The notes beneath the pieces were generated by a model. It was not told the origin of the DNA. It was given only the letters and a program-made list of their open reading frames with translations, and made no database searches. Shown here piece after piece: positions 53,219 through 61,231 of a stretch of 61,231 nucleotides of DNA (the first letter of the stretch is position 1; the number at the start of each line of letters is the position of its first letter). Origin of the DNA: Eledone cirrhosa. Lineage: Eukaryota. The position numbers and the translations under genes were made by a program. Location of the stretch: NCBI GenBank assembly GCA_964016885.1, contig CAXHJY010000369.1:1-61231 (forward strand). Direction: 5' to 3'.

Positions 53219-53616
53219 GCTGCCAACTCGTTTTCGAGTACGGCCACTACTTTATATCCATGTAGGAGAACCCCTACCGATTCGCTGAACGAGTGTGACT
53301 TTTTAGTCCAGCCAGCGACTTGAAAACTCTGGTTCAAACACTACACTTGTGACAATTATTGACATATAGTGCTGGGCCCATGGTACTATGTGACGACAAG
53401 TGCAGAGAGATCTCCAGATATAAAGCAATGCCTGTGCCGTGAAGCTTTTATAGTGAGCAAAGGCACTGCACAAAGCCAGTCCCACTCTCTTAACCAAGAT
53501 CATATTTACCAAAAAGAAGAACAAGTCAACATCATTGGATACCATAAGAGTTGCAGGTGTTATATCAGAGTTTTCCTTCTCTTACAATTCTGCCTTGACA
53601 AAGGCTAAGGGGTCAT
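53216..53616 (-). mobile_element. Family A element, copy 6, 5'-truncated
   Basis: Sequence match; truncation at GGTCAT merges into (AT)n. Confidence 0.9.
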
Positions 53617-54045
<429 letters not shown>

Positions 54046-54087
54046 CAATATTAAATAAATGGAAAACTATATTTATAAAACCATATT

Positions 54088-54153
54088 TATTTCATTATAT
54101 ATATTTCGGGGATATCATATTAACAATATGCTATGCCTTCATCAGACAAAATA
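54088..54153 (-). ncRNA. Minimal type-I hammerhead ribozyme (HHR-2, intact AUA site)
   Basis: UAUUUUGU-CUGAUGA-stem II-GAAA-UAUAUA-UA-AUGAAAUA. Confidence 0.78.
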
Positions 54154-54506
54154 CAATATAAACAGTTTTATAGATAAATATATTCGACATACCGTAATAA
54201 ACATCAACTTCATTTGAAGAGGTTTACGCTAGCAGTGAAAATACAGAGAGAAAGAAAGAGAGAAAGAAAAGAGGGAAAAAAGAAAGAAAGAAAGACAAAA
54301 CGAAGAAAAAGAAGAAAAAGAAAAAGAAATGCATGGGACAAAAAAGAGAGATGGAAAATAGATAAAGCGAAGAGCTTCATGTAAAGCGACAGAAAGAGAT
54401 ATATATATATATATAGAGAGAGAGGAAATAGAGATAGATACATATATATATATATAGAAAATTAGGTAGTGTGAGGTCATTTTGAGTAAGTGTATCAATG
54501 ATACAT

Positions 54507-54541
<35 letters not shown>

Positions 54542-54842
54542 GCTCAAGTATTAATGTAAGGGAGATATAGAGAGATATAGAGAGAGAGAAAAAAAAAAAA
54601 AAAAAAAAAAATTTAAAAATAGCCAGACATATTCGAGGCGTAGAAAACCCTATGTTTTAATGTATTAGTATTTATAAAACTTACACTATATTGTAAATAT
54701 CAGTATTCCTGAATGAAACAAGTATTCACAATGTGTGAAAATTCATTATCTTATGTTTAGTTTTAAACGTAAACCTCTTCAAATGAAGTTGATGTTTATT
54801 ACGGTATGTCGAATATATTTATCTATAAAACTGTTTATATTG

Positions 54843-54908
54843 TATTTTGTCTGATGAAGGCATAGCATATTGTTAATATGATATCCCCGAAATATATATG
54901 ATGAAATA
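54843..54908 (+). ncRNA. Hammerhead copy (HHR-3) with G at the cleavage position, predicted inactive
   Basis: Identical to HHR-2 except AUG for AUA (G54900). Confidence 0.72.
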
Positions 54909-55041
54909 AATATGGTTTTATAAATATAGTTTTCCATTTATTTAATATTGTAAATATACTCCAATATTTGTCAAGTGCTTTTATATCAGTTATAAGATAT
55001 TGTACTAGTTGTAACCCAACAATTTTAAATATAACTTTGCA

Positions 55042-59906
<4,865 letters not shown>

Positions 59907-60202
59907 ATTCTATAAAATGCACACAATGTAGGTCCTGGGTACACAAGAGATGTAGCGGGATAGCAGGCAAACTAACAGGTAGGGAGAAATATGTATGCAG
60001 TAGATGTACAGGGAAATTAGACAGTAGAAGTCGCACTGATAGACATTTTGCAAATGCGAGAGGGCGCTATAGAAGTGGTGGATCATTGAAGCTCACGGTG
60101 GAGATGACGAGGGACCGTGACGAGTGGAGAGATGCTGTGCTGAATAAGACCCGTCCACCCTTGCAAGCAGGGAAAAGCGGACGTAAAATGATGATGATGA
60201 TG

Positions 60203-60203
<1 letters not shown>
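59907..60203 (+). mobile_element. RTE-clade LINE fragment: Cys-rich motif joined to the 3' end, with (GAT)n tail
   Basis: [24 protein letters not shown]...VCSRCTG; later [19 protein letters not shown] and the 3' UTR. Confidence 0.85.
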
Positions 60204-60235
<32 letters not shown>

Positions 60236-60394
60236 CATATACATATATATACATATACATATATATATATATACATATACATATATATATATATACATAT
60301 ATATATATACATATATATATATACATATATATATATATACATATACATATATATACATATACATATATATACATATACATATATATATATATAC

Positions 60395-60459
<65 letters not shown>

Positions 60460-60460
60460 C

Positions 60461-60533
<73 letters not shown>

Positions 60534-60564
60534 CATATATATACATATATATATATATATATAC

Positions 60565-60625
<61 letters not shown>

Positions 60626-60672
60626 TATATATATATACACATATATATATACATATATACATATATATATAT

Positions 60673-60745
<73 letters not shown>

Positions 60746-60768
60746 CGTATATATATATATATACATAT

Positions 60769-60834
<66 letters not shown>

Positions 60835-60977
60835 ATATATATACATATATACATATATACATATATATATATATATACATATATATATACATATATACAT
60901 ATACATATATATATATATATACATATATACATATATACATATATATATATATATACATATATATATACATGTATACA

Positions 60978-61051
<74 letters not shown>

Positions 61052-61114
61052 CATATATACATATATACACATATATATATATATATACATATATACATAT
61101 ATACACATATATAC

Positions 61115-61147
<33 letters not shown>

Positions 61148-61231
61148 CATATATATACATATATACATATATATACATATATACATATATATATATATAT
61201 ACATATATACATATATATACATATATACATA
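60204..61231. repeat. TA/TACA microsatellite
   Basis: Direct reading. Confidence 0.97.

Larger units (their letters stand above)
54044..54952. mobile_element. Penelope-like inverted pseudo-LTR pair (185-bp arms, 54044-54228 and 54768-54952)
   Basis: Arms differ at one base; each carries a hammerhead followed by AATAAA. Confidence 0.8.

Overview
Eukaryotic, non-coding, repeat-dominated genomic DNA. No intact host protein-coding gene is recognisable, and the long YI/IY-type ORFs are translations of (TA)n microsatellite. The SINE, RTE and Penelope complement resembles what I recall from octopod cephalopods; this is inference. Roughly half the window is interrupted (TA)n satellite (about 1-18.6 kb and 44-61 kb). 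The rest is mostly decayed RTE, CR1, CRE-like and Penelope retroelements, tRNA-derived SINEs, an internally deleted mariner and several MITEs. Most notable signals: (1) three minimal type-I hammerhead ribozymes in inverted Penelope-like termini at 53.0-54.9 kb, two of them in a 185-bp inverted repeat whose only mismatch is the cleavage-site nucleotide; (2) a young ~610-bp non-autonomous RTE-derived element, present six times and always inside TA/TACA microsatellite, with one twin-priming-like 5' inversion and a structured 5' leader shared with a divergent relative; (3) fold-back inverted duplications of satellite next to retroelement 5' ends; (4) a satellite variant built from TACAGTA/TACTGTA, the Tc1-type excision footprint. 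Coordinates were read by eye, and the ends of decayed elements are approximate.
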